Source of the DNA: Paraspadella gotoi | Taxonomy: Eukaryota; Animalia; Chaetognatha | Length of the DNA stretch: 64,000 nucleotides | NCBI GenBank assembly: GCA_051294375.1 | Contig: CM119266.1 | Coordinates: forward strand, 19,169,657-19,233,656 | Direction of reading: 5' to 3' | Shown here: positions 22,021-41,178 of the stretch, piece after piece | Position numbering within the stretch: the first letter of the stretch is position 1 | How the letters are laid out: each line of letters opens with the position of its first letter | Program-made: the position numbers and the translations under genes | Notes under the pieces: model-generated | The model's database searches: none | What the model was told of the DNA's origin: nothing | Seen by the model: the letters and a program-made list of their open reading frames with translations, nothing else

Positions 22021-22750
22021 AAAACAAGTTTGAGCAAACAATGTCGGATCTGCCTACGATTATTAAGCGGTAATCAGCTAATCAGATAAAAAATCACGAT
22101 AATTCTTTCAATTTGTGATCCTAACTGATCATAACATCATACCAAACCAGTGGCTGAGTCAATAAATCGCTTGCAACGGATTAAACTGAACTGTTACTAT
22201 GGTAGATATAATTACAAATAGAGTACAAATAATTTTTTCAACTTGCATCATTTTTTCTAATTTCATCATTTTTTCACTTTAATAATTAATTAATTAATTA
22301 AAACATTTATGAGTAAACATAAATAATAAAAATTCAAGTCAACTTGACTTTGGTTTTTTCCATTCATTTCCACTCCTCGATTCCATCGAAACTTTATATC
22401 CAGCTTAATCACACACTTTGCTACCCACACACAAAATTTCTTTCCAATCCATCCATCCAATCACGAAAAATTAGAGTCGGGGACGGTCGAACGGACATCT
22501 TGTTTTTTTTTTTGCTTAATTTATCAGGAAAGACAGTTTTGGGTAGAACAACAATTTTTTTAACCCAAAACTGTCTTTCCTAATTCGCTTAAAACAACGA
22601 AACGAAAGGAACTTAACACAATGCTTAATTTATCAGAATTCAAGGTTCTGATATGATAATAATGATTTACCGACAAGATTTTGGGGTGGGACCGACGGAC
22701 CGACAAAGTGAATTACAGTCGGAATTTGCTGATAAGCAGATCCGACTAAA
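22021..22750 (-). mobile_element. HINE/DINE-1-like element, same family
   Basis: Both termini match the 17336 copy (AACAAGTTTGAGCAAACAATGTCGGATCTGC ... GGACCGACGGACCGACAAAGTGAATTA..GCAGATCCGACTAAA). Confidence 0.8.
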
Positions 22751-24006
22751 AAGCGTACTGTCAAATAAGCAATTTCAAAGGAAATTGAAATAAATAGTTT
22801 TATAAATCTTACCCACTTTCACTAATAGGAAGCTATAATTTTTTCAAGATAAATTATTTTTCACTGCTCATTTAACAGTACTTATATTTTTTCTAACATT
22901 TAGTTTTGAGAAAAAGCGCAAGATTGTTATTGCTGCACAAATCCACTTTTTTCTTTGGCCAAAATAAAACGCGTATCGTCTGATGATAACGTAATTCACA
23001 ATAATATGATTAAATTCAAACTTCAAATTTTCTACGACTAATTGCTTCAGTATTTTTGAGGATACTTTACAGACTAACGGCCATCTTCATCCCTAGTAAA
23101 ATTATAGTAAACAGTTTAGCTAAATAAAACGTTTTCAAATCAAAGAAAACTTAAAACTTTACTCATACTTAACCCTACCTGCGGAAGAAAATAAAAACGA
23201 ATTGACACAATACAGAAAGTTATCACTTGCGCTTTTTTGCAGAGAAGTCATTAAACTAGGAATTCCAAAATAGGAACGCAGGTATTATACTTGATGCCTC
23301 TAGATTCAACTTCATAAACATTTTTCCATCCCAATATTGGGAGAATAAAAGGCATAAATGATAAAATAAAGTGAAATATCTTACTCCAATGTAAGTATTC
23401 AATAAGGCAAGTAAAACTAAACAATCGGATACTATAATGACTCTTTTAAAAATCATGCAATAAAATAAAGGTTGCTTTACATTATGTAAAAGCAAAGAAT
23501 AAAAATTGAAAATACATCCCATATAATTATTTTATTCAACAAAAAACTTTCAAAACTTGTGCTGACCTTCACTCATAAGGTCAAATAAAATTTCAAACTT
23601 ATTTCCTACTTATTTCAACAGGAATCACTGGGAATTTCTTAAATTATAATCAGAATAAATCAAGAATAAATCAATTTAAACAATTTTGTGAATAAATAAA
23701 TTAAAACCAAGAATTAAGATCTTTATTTTTTTCATTATCAAAAAATTGATAGGCTAAAAATTGTGATAAAAGAAACCTTTTATCAATACCTTTTACTGCT
23801 ACTTAGTATTATACAGGTTATTTAGATTAGCCTTTATACAGTTGGCAGAGAACATGCAAAGGCGAAACTAATAAAAAAAAAGATAGGAAACTTGGCAAAT
23901 ACTTATATTAAAACTTTTTTTCATGTAACATATATATTTTAGAATGTGATCTTCACTAATTAATAGAAATACGTAAATAATAATGAATTGCGCCGAATGA
24001 AATTTT

Positions 24007-24210
24007 GGCTAAATTTTACTTTCGCCGACCGCGTTTATGGCGGCTTTTAAAAACCTATTTATAATTTTTTTTTTTTTTAATTTAAAAAAAATATTACCCA
24101 ATTACCCTAACCACCCCTAGCACTAAACCACCCCTAACCCTAAACAACCCCTAAATCACCCTTAACCCTAACCCCTCCCTAACCCCGGTCGGCGAAAGTA
24201 AAAGTAACCC
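24007..24210. mobile_element. MITE with GG..CC termini, 8-bp TSD and internal telomere-like (TAACCC) repeats (Merlin- or MULE-like)
   Basis: Perfect 18-bp subterminal IR TTTTACTTTCGCCGACCG (24014-24031 / 24186-24203); GAAATTTT on both flanks (23999-24006, 24211-24218). Confidence 0.7.
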
Positions 24211-24689
24211 GAAATTTTTTTATTTGATATTATCAAATGTGATCACCTGAGCTATGTCCGTCAGTCATACAAAAATATCAGCCAGATCATAAGTTCTTAA
24301 ATCGAACATTGAAAATAGGAATGAACTAGAATAAAATGAATAAACAAATAAATAGGAATAAATGTAAATTAACTTTAAAAAGCCTTCATTTCTACTCTTT
24401 TTCCAACTTCATTTTTTTAAATTCGGTAATAAATTTTTTTTTATTATTTTTTTTAGTTAAATTTCTATTTTTTCAGATCGATTGTTGATAAATTTTTTGC
24501 ATCAAGTTCCTGCAGTCGGATCAGTAACGTTTGGTTCAGTTTTCAGTGTTACTCCAAGATTCAAACTTTATTCTGATATCTTTAACACGGTAGATAAATA
24601 GTAGGCCGGAACAGGTTGAAAACTAGAAGTTCTTTCAAATAAATAATGGTTAAGTGACTGTTAAAGAATATGAAAATAAAAATAATTTT

Positions 24690-25010
24690 TAAAATTTATT
24701 TTATTATTTAGCGCACGGAAACATTTAAAAATTATAAATTTTTTTTTTAAATCTTTCAATTTTTTTTAATAGATTCTGATAAAGCTTGAAAAATTAAAGG
24801 TTATTAATGTTTTATTGATAAAAATTCTCAAAAACTATAAAATTCAGCAAATGATGATAATGATGATGATTTTTTTAGGTTTTTTCTATTTTTAACCAAT
24901 TTATTGTTTAAATTTTAAAAAATTGTAGTATTAACCTTCATTTAACTTTTCAAGCTCTATAAGAATCCGTTTTTAAAAAATATAATTAAAAAAAAAAATT
25001 TTTATATGTT
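24690..25010. repeat. AT-rich fold-back element
   Basis: GATTCTGATAAAGCTTGAAAA..AAGGTTATTA versus TATTAACCTT..TTTTCAAGCTCTATAAGAATC. Confidence 0.5.
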
Positions 25011-25784
25011 ATATAATAATTAATATTTAAAAGCTTCAGTGAACAACCCAATGAACTAATTCAAAAAGTTGCATTGAAAATCGATTTAATAATAGAAGGA
25101 AAAAAAAAATTTTTGAGAGAACTAAAAGTTATAAAAAGTGTTCAATTTTGGCCCGCCTTAATAAATAGGGTTCTACAGCCAGACCATCAAAACAGCTGAA
25201 AAGTGAGATTAATAGAGTCGCTATGGTAGTATTCGCTGCGCAATTAACAAAATTTAAGATTTTTCATCCAGCTAGTCAAAAAGACAAATTAAAAAGTATG
25301 AAGGTGAATAAATGAGAATTTACGTAAGAGAAGTATCGTTCGACTACATTTCACTAACATTTTAAAATTAATTACGAAAAGGTATTCATCGTTATCTAAG
25401 AAAGATCGAGCCCCCATTAAAAAATGTATCAATAAATTAGAAAATTTACACAACACGAAATCTCGCAAGCTTATCCATAAGGAGAACCGAAAATAGCTTT
25501 TATATTTCCACTAATTTATTTCCAATATTTCTTTAAGAGAAAATTTATATTATAGCTGAAAAGCGTTGTTCATCTCGACCCTATTAACTAAAACTATTAT
25601 CCAGTATCCAGATTTTGACTAGATTTTTCAAGTTGTGTCATTCAAACGAAACTACAAACAAACAAACATCAAAAGTAATGCATCCGATGATTAACTGCTA
25701 GGACCAGAGAAGCAGCATTAGAGTGTGTAAAATATCAAAAAACTTTTTAATTTGACAATGTAGTAATAAAATGAGTCAAGATTA

Positions 25785-26327
25785 TTATACTAAGCAGACG
25801 AGGTCATGTTCTCTGAGTTCTCTCTCAGAAGGAAAGAGCCCGGTGCAAACCGAGCATTGATAAGGATTTTGCCTTGCTTTTTCCATTTCGTGGTCGTGAT
25901 TTTTTTGATGGCGTTTGAGATTAGATAATTGTGGAAAAGCCCGGTTGCATCCTGGTAAATCACATTTGTAGGGACGTTCCCCAGTATGTTTTCGAACATG
26001 TTGTTGGAGATGAGATTTTTGTTTGAATCGTTTTTCACAATACGGGCATTCATGTTTCCTTTCGTCTGAGTGGACTAATTCGTGTTGATTTAGATAAGTC
26101 TTAGTTGAAAATGATTTTTGGCATTCCATGCACGGATATAATTTTTCTGGACTGCAGGCATCATTCTGGATAATTTTTAAATAAATTTAATATTTGGAAG
26201 AAAGGTTTTATGACGAATATAAACCGACAATATTTACCCTTGAAATGTAAGAGCCATTAAATTTTGATGGAGGTTCACCATATTGTAGCATTTTCCTTGG
26301 CCGTCCCCTTTTTTTAGACTCACTCAT
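25785..26327 (-). CDS. AT-hook + zinc-finger protein (3 C2H2 + 1 C2HC), rotund/Lin-29/ZNF362-384-like, paralogue A
   Basis: Exon 1 26327-26238 (MSESKKRGRPRK, AT-hook), 72-nt intron, exon 2 26165-25785. Fingers include [26 protein letters not shown]. The 3' end could continue via a donor near 25790. Confidence 0.88.
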
Positions 26328-28111
26328 CGTGACAGGGTTTTCATTCCACGAGTTTTAAATTTGACAAAGTTTAGATTACTATCTAACACAATTACCTTGA
26401 AACAAATGTTCAAAATAGCGTAAAATTTTTTAAGTTTTTTAAAATTTACAAGTCAGGTGCCAAGCTTATTACAGACCGGTGCAAAAAAAGACACCCAAAT
26501 ACATAAAATAAAGTTAGATTCCTTTAAAATATAAGATAGGTATAATAACTAAAAGTTTATGGAAAAGGGAATAATTTGTACAAGTCACACAAGTCACACT
26601 AAAAATAACGCTCAAAGTTACAGTAAAGTAAAAGAAAAAGTAACATCTTTGAACACTTGTGCATTAGCTCTTAAATGACTGGATTTTCTCGTAAGGATTC
26701 CTCTATCAAAAATCTAAATTTTCCATACTTCATTTTTGTAACAAATAAATGCAACGTTCTTAAATTATAGAGTATCCTTGGTTTTTAGTGTAAATCTTTA
26801 AATAAAAGTGTTTATCATTCATGTATTATATATATATATATATACAATGTTTGCAATTTAAGGTTTAAGAGTTTGTTTTTTTTTGTTCAGGTCTGTACTA
26901 CAATTAGAACACCAAACGAAGTCTGAAGAATACATAATTAATAGTGACAATACAATCAATTTTTGGAAAGTACTGAAAGACGAAAAAAATTATTTTTATT
27001 TAAAATAATTTGGGGAGAATTTGAAACAAAAATTATATTTGGCAATTCCATAAAATTATCATTTCATCTGTTACTCTCCCACACAAATTTATACACATTG
27101 CATTATGTTAATTCCAAAATTATTAACCCTATGTTAAATTTGGCCATGGCCCATGGTGTCTAAACCCTTTTATCCCCATCTCTCACCAATCATCGTCTCT
27201 ATTAAAAGCTTTATGTTCTCTTTTTCTCTCTCTCTCGCTCCGTAAAAAAAAATATTTTGTCTCACAAATCTGTTTTATACTGAGGGCTCACAAAAAGAGC
27301 GGAATACAATTGAAAACTTTACCTAATTTTCTCGATCATTATAAAATGAATAATTGTAAAAATGATAAAATGCTACACGTAAATTTCATTTTAATACAAT
27401 GATATATATAATTATATATATAAAAAAAAGTTTTTAAAATTTTTGATGATAAATATTAAAAAAAATATATGGATCTTGATGAATGTATCAATTCTAAATA
27501 TTTATATCTAAAAACTATTTTTTAATTGCATACAGTTTTTCACTTCCAATAAAAAGCACTCTAAATGTAGGTGGTTTAAATAAAAATTTAAAAAAATGAT
27601 TTTTGGCCACCTTCGAAAGGCGACAAAAAATACCAAAATATTTCCATTAAAAACATAGTGCCATGCTTCAGTGTGTTAAATAAAAATCTGTTCATCACTT
27701 CTGCCAGAACAAATTAATCCAGATTAATACGAAAAACGAATCTAGCATACAAGCCTTTTTAACCAAACAAAAAAATGATCATGAAAATATAAGTACATAA
27801 GACTTGTAACTTACGATCAATGTTGCTTACCATTTAAAAATGTTTGAAAATTGCAAAATTACATGTTTCACTATATAAAACTAAATTCAAAGAATAATAT
27901 TATATATCATGTTACATGTGTAAAATGTTTCATTTCAGAAGAGCAGAATCTTCATTGTGTGATCTTAAAAATAAAAAAAATATATATATCACATAGGAGA
28001 AAGAAATGAGTTCATTAAGATTCAAAATAGCAAACATTGCTAGTTTATACAATCAATAAAAGAAAACAATTTTGGTCCTAGTAGAGCAACATGGAGTGCA
28101 TATTTCCGCTG

Positions 28112-30624
28112 TTAATGAAGAAACCTAAAAAAAATTCGTAAAATAATTCAGTTATTCCTTATACAATTATTGATTTTAATAAAGAAGCAAGATTTTATAC
28201 AGTGCAGTTTTCTTTATTTAGACAATGCATATAAACCATTTTGCTGGTTTATTTTCCAAGGCCGAAAAGAGTGGTGAAAAACTAATGTTTTCTCTCATCT
28301 CTTAGAAAAGTTCCACCTTAATACTTCATTAATATTAATTCGTAATATTTGACACTAAAACAAGACGAAATTGACCTAACCTGTAATTTGAGTTGAATCC
28401 TTCAATTGTATTTATAAGTGACGGTGTTGGAAACTGTTGTTGCCTTACTTTTTCTACTTCATTCTCGTGTGTTTTCTGATGTTGTTTAAGATTAGACATT
28501 TGTGCAAAAGCTCTATTACACCCGGGCATTTTGCACTTGTAAGGACGTTCGCCAGTATGTTTTCGAACATGCTGTTGTAAGTGTGATTTTTGTTTAAATC
28601 TTTTGTCACAATACGGGCATTCATGTCTTCGTTCATCTGAGTGAACTAATTCATGTTGATTTAGATAAGTCTTCGATGAAAACGATTTAGGGCATTCCAA
28701 ACATGGGTATAATTTTTCTCCATTGTAATTTATATTCTGTGAAATAAATTTTAAAAATAATTGAGTATCAAATAAGTTTGGTTAAAAAAAAGTATAAATA
28801 AATCGCTAGTAAGAGTTACACTATAAAAGTTTATTTACGAAAAAAAAATTGTTTATATACACTCTTTATATATTATACAATATATAGGGTCCTCTAGAGA
28901 TGTTATGAATTTAAAAAAAAAATCATTTTAAAAAGTAAAATTTGTTTTAAAATACAGAAAAGTATTAAGAATAATTTTCATATAATATTGGTTCAAATGG
29001 CGTTCATATCTTTCACTAAATGACGTCGGAACAAGTGACAGACAAACCACCAAATGACAAACGACCGAGAGACAGACCGACTGATAGAGATGACAGTTCC
29101 TTTCAGAATAGCTAAATAAGACACGTATAAAATTTTCACGCATGTTGTAATGTTTATGGTTATAAATATAATGATTATTGTTTCCGTTGTTGTTGTTGTC
29201 GTGGTTATTTTTGATTTAATTAAGATAGTATTTTTAGATATTGTGATTGCTATTGTTAAGATCTCAAAAGTCATTATTGTTATTGTGATTATGGTTTTAG
29301 TTTATTAGGTTGTGGTGGTCGTTATAGTTATGATCATTAAGATTTTTGTCCATTGAAAGAGGCAAAAAATAAAAAATAAATGTTGCATAATAAAAGTGTT
29401 ATGGCAACAGCCGGGTTGCCTGTGATGCCCATTGGGATGGGGCATCTCACTGTTGGCTTTGGGGGCTTCCGACCCTCAGTGACGCATTCAGTCACTGGCG
29501 CGGTTACCCTAGGACGGTCTCGCTTTTCCAACGCTGAGGGAAGTCATAAGGACTGTGGATTAAGGCGTAGTAAAATTTCTAAATTTAACTTTAATAAAAA
29601 TTCTATAAGAGAGGAACGAACAACATACTAATGAACATTTATGTAATAAAAAAAGTTATAATAAATTTTATAATTTACGCAGTAGGCAATATTTATACTA
29701 GTACTAAACCAATAAATGTTAAAATTTCAAAACAGTTTTTTCTATGATTTTTTTGCAGATTTGGATTCGTCATAAAAAGTTGATAAAAAGAAATATAAAT
29801 CTTTTTGAAAAATTCCTTCATTAAGTGGGTCAAAAATTAGAAAAAAATTTATTTTAAGCTGAAAATTAATTTTTATAAATTAAATATAGTTTTTTTAATT
29901 TTTAACCCACTTAACGAAAGAATTTTTAAAAATGATTTATATTTTCTTTTATCAACATTTGACGAGGAATTCAAATCTGCAATCAAAATGAAGAAAAGCC
30001 TATTTTAAAATTTTTCGATTTTATAAGGATAGTACTATATATAAATATAGCCAACTACGAAAATTAAAAAACAAAATTATTTTTTTTTACAAATTAATGT
30101 TCACTGATAGTATGTTGTTCATAATTTAATTTTAGAATTTTCGTATGTAACTTTCACTACTGTGAATGGAATACAACGCCAGGGATGCTGTGTTCCCCCT
30201 CTGAGCCAATGGTATTGCCTGAACGATCGTGGATGCAAGGCGGTGTGAATATACCACCACAGTGTCTTATTTTTTCCATCGAAACTTGATTTTAAGTTTA
30301 ATCATATACTTTAATACCCACTAACAAAATTTCAACTTAATCCATCCATCGAATTACGAGTAATTGGATTTATTACTAAGGGGAGGACGGACGAACAATC
30401 GAACATCATTATTTTCTATGTTGCGATTGACCGACTAATTTAAGGGGCGGACCGACCAAGTGAATTATAAAGCCGGAATCTGCCATGAGCAGATCCGGAT
30501 AAAAATAGCAAAAAAAGTATATTTAAAAAGTTACCCGGTGGTCGTATATATTGCTCATTTTGACTGGAGGTTCCCCGTCCTCGGGAAGTTTTTTGGGTCG
30601 TCCTCTTTTCTTTACTTCAGTCAT
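28112..30624 (-). CDS. AT-hook + 3 C2H2 zinc-finger protein, paralogue B
   Basis: Exon 1 30624-30535 ([12 protein letters not shown]; same 90-nt length as paralogue A), exon 2 from 28736. It either reads to the stop at 28335 or splices 28381->28124 to a stop at 28112. Fingers nearly identical to paralogue A. Confidence 0.85.
29566..30150. mobile_element. AT-rich fold-back (palindromic) MITE; relatives at ~900-1340 and ~38500-38800
   Basis: Long imperfect arms (GCAGATTTGGATTC / GAATTCAAATCTGC; TTAAGTGGGT / ACCCACTTAA); GATTTTATAAGGATA shared with 1253-1268. Confidence 0.65.
30270..30503 (-). mobile_element. HINE-family 5' portion in zinc-finger B intron
   Basis: GGGGCGGACCGACC..GTGAATTATAAAGCCGGAATCTGCCATGAGCAGATCCGG terminus; internal AATCCATCCATC motif shared with the 22021 copy. 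Confidence 0.7.
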
Positions 30625-31483
30625 GTCGATCCTATTTTTTTAAAAATTCTGCATAAAAACTTAGCACATTACAAAAAATAACAAGATTCAGAAAAAAATT
30701 AATGAAAAGGTTGACACTAGGTTTTTTATTGAATATTGATAGGAAAGCAAGAAATATAAATATACTGTTGAAAATTTCAATTCCTAAATAACATAAAAAA
30801 AAAAACAAGTTGAGGAACTTCAAATTCTGAAAAGCCTTTACGTATATGTATTTACTAATCATTAAATTTGTTTTAAAATATCTAACATGCAAGGGGTGTT
30901 AATTCTATAAGTTAAAGACACTTATTTTTAATACGGACTGATAACATACATTTTTATTACACTCGCTGCTTTTCAAATTGTTCCATTATAATAAATGGAG
31001 TGCATTAAATATAATTTTTTAATAATTTCTTTGCTACTAGTATATATTTACCCAATGACCCATGTCTTCCAAAGTATCAGTATGTTTAAAAATCCTAAAA
31101 GAGTTTTAAAAAAATTGATCAACCACCAATAATTTAAACAAATTTGATACAAGAACTTTCTTGAAAAAAAAATCAGAACTAATACAATCTCGCCCAAGCG
31201 AGATAGAAAAAGAATCAAAAGGCATAAATCTTTAAAACGCTTTACAAGATGAAGATATTAGATTGCAAATTCTTTTTTGTCCGGAAAATGGAAAACTATG
31301 CCGCTTATTAGCCTTAACTTATTAGTGCAATTTAATATTGCATTGCATAATATCGCAAATAATATAGCATTTAAACGGCAAAAACGACAACAGATAATTC
31401 ATGACGGAAAAGGCTTTCATGAAAAAAGAGGGTTGCTAATTACAATTATTGTCAAAATTGGCAAAGCCAAATCTTTTTTTTTT

Positions 31484-37477
<5,994 letters not shown>

Positions 37478-40400
37478 TTCCCACAGAAATGTTCAAATAA
37501 TTTTTTTTAATTCCCGGCAAGGGCGGTTTACTACTTCATCTTTAAGTTAAGATAGGGTATACCGCACGAATACAATATGTCCGTTCGTTTATTAGCGCGT
37601 ATAAATTATGCTTCTCCATTCAATTTTTTTTAGAAATGAGATGACTTTGTTTTAAATCTTCAAGTGTCGAAGAAAAATGATGCTGTGCAAATTAATCAAA
37701 TTTTCCGACGTCAATTAAGAATAAATTATACGATAGGAAATAAAATAAAATTTATATTTTGTTACGAGAAATAAATCTACAATTTCGGAAAATTAAAACA
37801 GAAACGTAAAAACCGGTGCTGTGTTATGCGCATGTTATTTGTTTAATAGTAATCATTTCACGGCTCGTGCTTTAATCAATTGTTATTACTCTTTCCTTTC
37901 GTCGACATTCCGTATTTTTTAGTATATTCGTTGGATGCTGAATTTGTACCGATTTTTGTAATTATTTTGAATGGTTGAGTAATTAATTTCTGTTTACTAA
38001 AATATCTACTAATACTATCGTGCTATCATAATATTAAGTTACTCAAATTTTCCATATTGAGGGGAAAACTACATTTTATCGCCAATCTTTTTTCTCGAAA
38101 GATAAAAGTCGCAAATCAATTTAAATAGTCTGCGAATTAAAGGGGAGTGCGATTGTTAACTGTTAAATGAGATATACTGAGGTATTAAACGACAATTTTA
38201 TTACTATAATCGTCAATTTTAACCAATTTTTTCGCAAAGTTTTGAAAAAAAAACTAAAAATGAAAAAAAATAAATAAACATAGTTGACTGCTTTACCATA
38301 AAAGGTACTCTGGTGGACAGCTTGGCAAAACAAAACAACAACTGAAGTTAGAGTCAAGTAACGATGATTATTTTAAAAGAGAAATAAACGTAGTTGTTAG
38401 TACATGTTAATATCAAATATATTTTTAAAAGGTTTTATATTTATAAATTTAATGACGATAAATGTTAAGCAGGTCACATGTGCAGTAGGGTGAAGCGAAA
38501 GTTTGAAATCAAAATTTAATAATTATATTTTGAATATTATATTAATAATAAATATTAATCTAACTAGTTTTTATTAATATAATAGCCCAGTCAGTTTATT
38601 TTGTATATAATATTACCCTTATAAAATGTTAATATTTCAAAATATTTTTTTTTAAACATTCAGATTTAAATCAAAAATAAAGATAGTGAAACAAATAATT
38701 TTGCAACTTTCTTAAATCTTTTTTAAAAATTATGTCATTAGGTTAAAATTGTAAAAAAATATTTATTATTATGTATAAATATAGCTTACTGTTGTTCATT
38801 AATATATAAAATTAAAAATTAAATTTATAAAAATATTTTTATAAGTTTTTAATTATATATTTTGTATTCTATTTTTTTATTTTATTAATTTTTTTTAATT
38901 TTTACATCAGCTGTACGGTTTACCGGTCTCAGGAAAGGGCGAGAGATAGGAGTACCGTTCAGGGTAAGATTTAATTAATGGATTAATTAATGGTAGAAAT
39001 GGTGAAATAGACTTTTTCTAACCGTGTAAGATATTTTGTTACCTCGCGTCGGGTCATTCTTTTTTAGTCATTTAAGTTGACCTTAGCTGACCTTATCTTT
39101 TCACCGTTCTAGTTGCTTTCTTGTGGCTTTCTTTCGGCCGAAAACCTCGTCACTTGTTAATCACTTGTTAATCACTTGTTATTCGATCAGAATCATTTTT
39201 AAAGAAAAGATCGGCCGTCTGGAACCATAGTTTTTACGGATCCAAGGATTTATTACAAACATTTTTTCGACTTTTCATTGATTTGCCATGGATTTATCTC
39301 TACAAAAATACAAATAATTCACAATTTATTCTACATTTTTCGACGTTTTCTTTACGCTTCGAGATTTAGTAAGATACTACGAAATCCTTGCTCCTTGTCA
39401 AAATCTGTTCATCCGACGGCCGACGCCTCGAACGCGCGACCCCGCAGGCATAGAAAATACAAAAGATTTTCTACAAACCGCCTTACACCACATATAAAAA
39501 CTCTTCTGTCGCGTAGGTTGAGAACTAGGTTCACCGGTTGGTTTAGTTTTCACATGCAACCATGCCATCTCAGTGCTAACGTACTCGCATACCAAAACTT
39601 CATGAGGTCGTGTTTTTTTTTTGTTGGTTTTTTTGTTCTTATTCGGTTCCCACTAAAATATCTAATCGATTTTTGTAAAATTTTACATACAGAGTCATAA
39701 TGACAGGTTCTTAAGGATTGAATAAACGAGATTGAATGAAAGAGGGAAGGAGGCAAAGCTAGATAGATTATGAAAATTTTCAAATTACTTGTTTCACTAT
39801 TTTCCATTTTTATATTTTATGAAGGATTTATTTTTTATTCTACATTCTTTAATAATGTAACTATTGCTTTCTTAAAAATATTTTACTTATCATTAAATCT
39901 AACTCATTTTGGGAAGGGGAAGTCAGTGTTGTCTTCTGGAAATAGAGGGAGCATCTATACAACACAAGGTTAGATTACAATCTGTTCTAGTTTTCTAATA
40001 GATATCACACATCATTCCTGTTAGAAAGTCATTAATGAAAAATCATAATATCTAATAGGCTGAACAGAAAGGGGTGGGAATGGATAATTTTTTGAGGGGG
40101 GACCAACGTTATATATGATTTTTTTACCAATAGGTATAAGACTATGAAGTAGAACTGTATGTTCTGATAGGGATACATACAGGGGAAAAGTCTATAGGGG
40201 CACCTTTATGTCATGAATATAATTTTAAAATACTTAAATTTTTTTTTTTTTAAATATTTTTCATCTTTTATGTTTATACAATGGGAAGGTCATCAGTTGG
40301 GAACCTATACCCTTAATGAATTTCGGCTCTTTAATCCCAACATCCAGGTATAGGCGAGCCATCATCAAATGGTGTCCTTCATTGTTGCTTATCAAATCTA

Positions 40401-40597
40401 TTAAAGATATATTTTGAATGTTTATCCTACACAGACTAAAGCCCTGGTATCACAGCATTATTAATTTTAGGGAAATTTATTAATATAATATATATATATT
40501 ATATTATAAATATATTATATTATATATAAATTATATATATCTATATTATATGTATGAATATATATATATTTCAAATATTATACCACTTCATTGATAG

Positions 40598-40792
40598 GGA
40601 AGCCAGGAACTATGGGAGTGAATAAACGAGACTGTGAGAGTCTTGATTGAAAGCTTGAAGGGACCTGCTATGTTATTATTTTGTAAGAGTGATGGAGGCC
40701 TTAAACCACCAAAGCCTGTCCAAAGTTAGGGGCAAGATAGCTTATTTATTAAATGAATGGATAATTTTTATATTGGTTGTACCAATTTCATA
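40598..40792 (-). repeat. Dispersed repeat family A copy
   Basis: Near-identical reverse complement of 7166-7348. Confidence 0.8.
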
Positions 40793-40962
40793 TGAAAAGT
40801 ATGGATATTTTTTATATACGTTGAAAAATCTGAATGTAATAAAAAGTTTTTAACTTTTGAAACGAATAATCTTAAAAGCTGAAAGCTACAGTACAGTAAA
40901 AAGAAAACCGTTATTCTAATTACAAGAAAAATTCACTCAAAATAATAAAAGAAAAGTTAGTA

Positions 40963-41178
40963 GTGAAGAGACAGTAATTATTGTTATGTGTTAATGACAG
41001 TCCCTGAGCTTTTGATCAGGCTGTAACACCGTGTTACAGGCGGGTTAACCGCCCCGTCCCTCTTAACTGCTAGGCGACCACCGGGCTAGAACCCCAATTC
41101 TTTTGGTTAGGAGGCGATGGACTTGCCTCCGGCACTAATGGCCGCAGATGAACGGTTGGTGGATTTTAGTCCACCATA
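40963..41178 (-). mobile_element. tRNA-derived SINE, same family
   Basis: Collinear with 15461-15695 over head, body and tail. Confidence 0.75.

Noticed and set aside
39150-39182. 11-bp tandem repeat x3 and other short repeats as CRISPR-like arrays
   Set aside because: Simple slippage duplication with no spacers; eukaryotic context.
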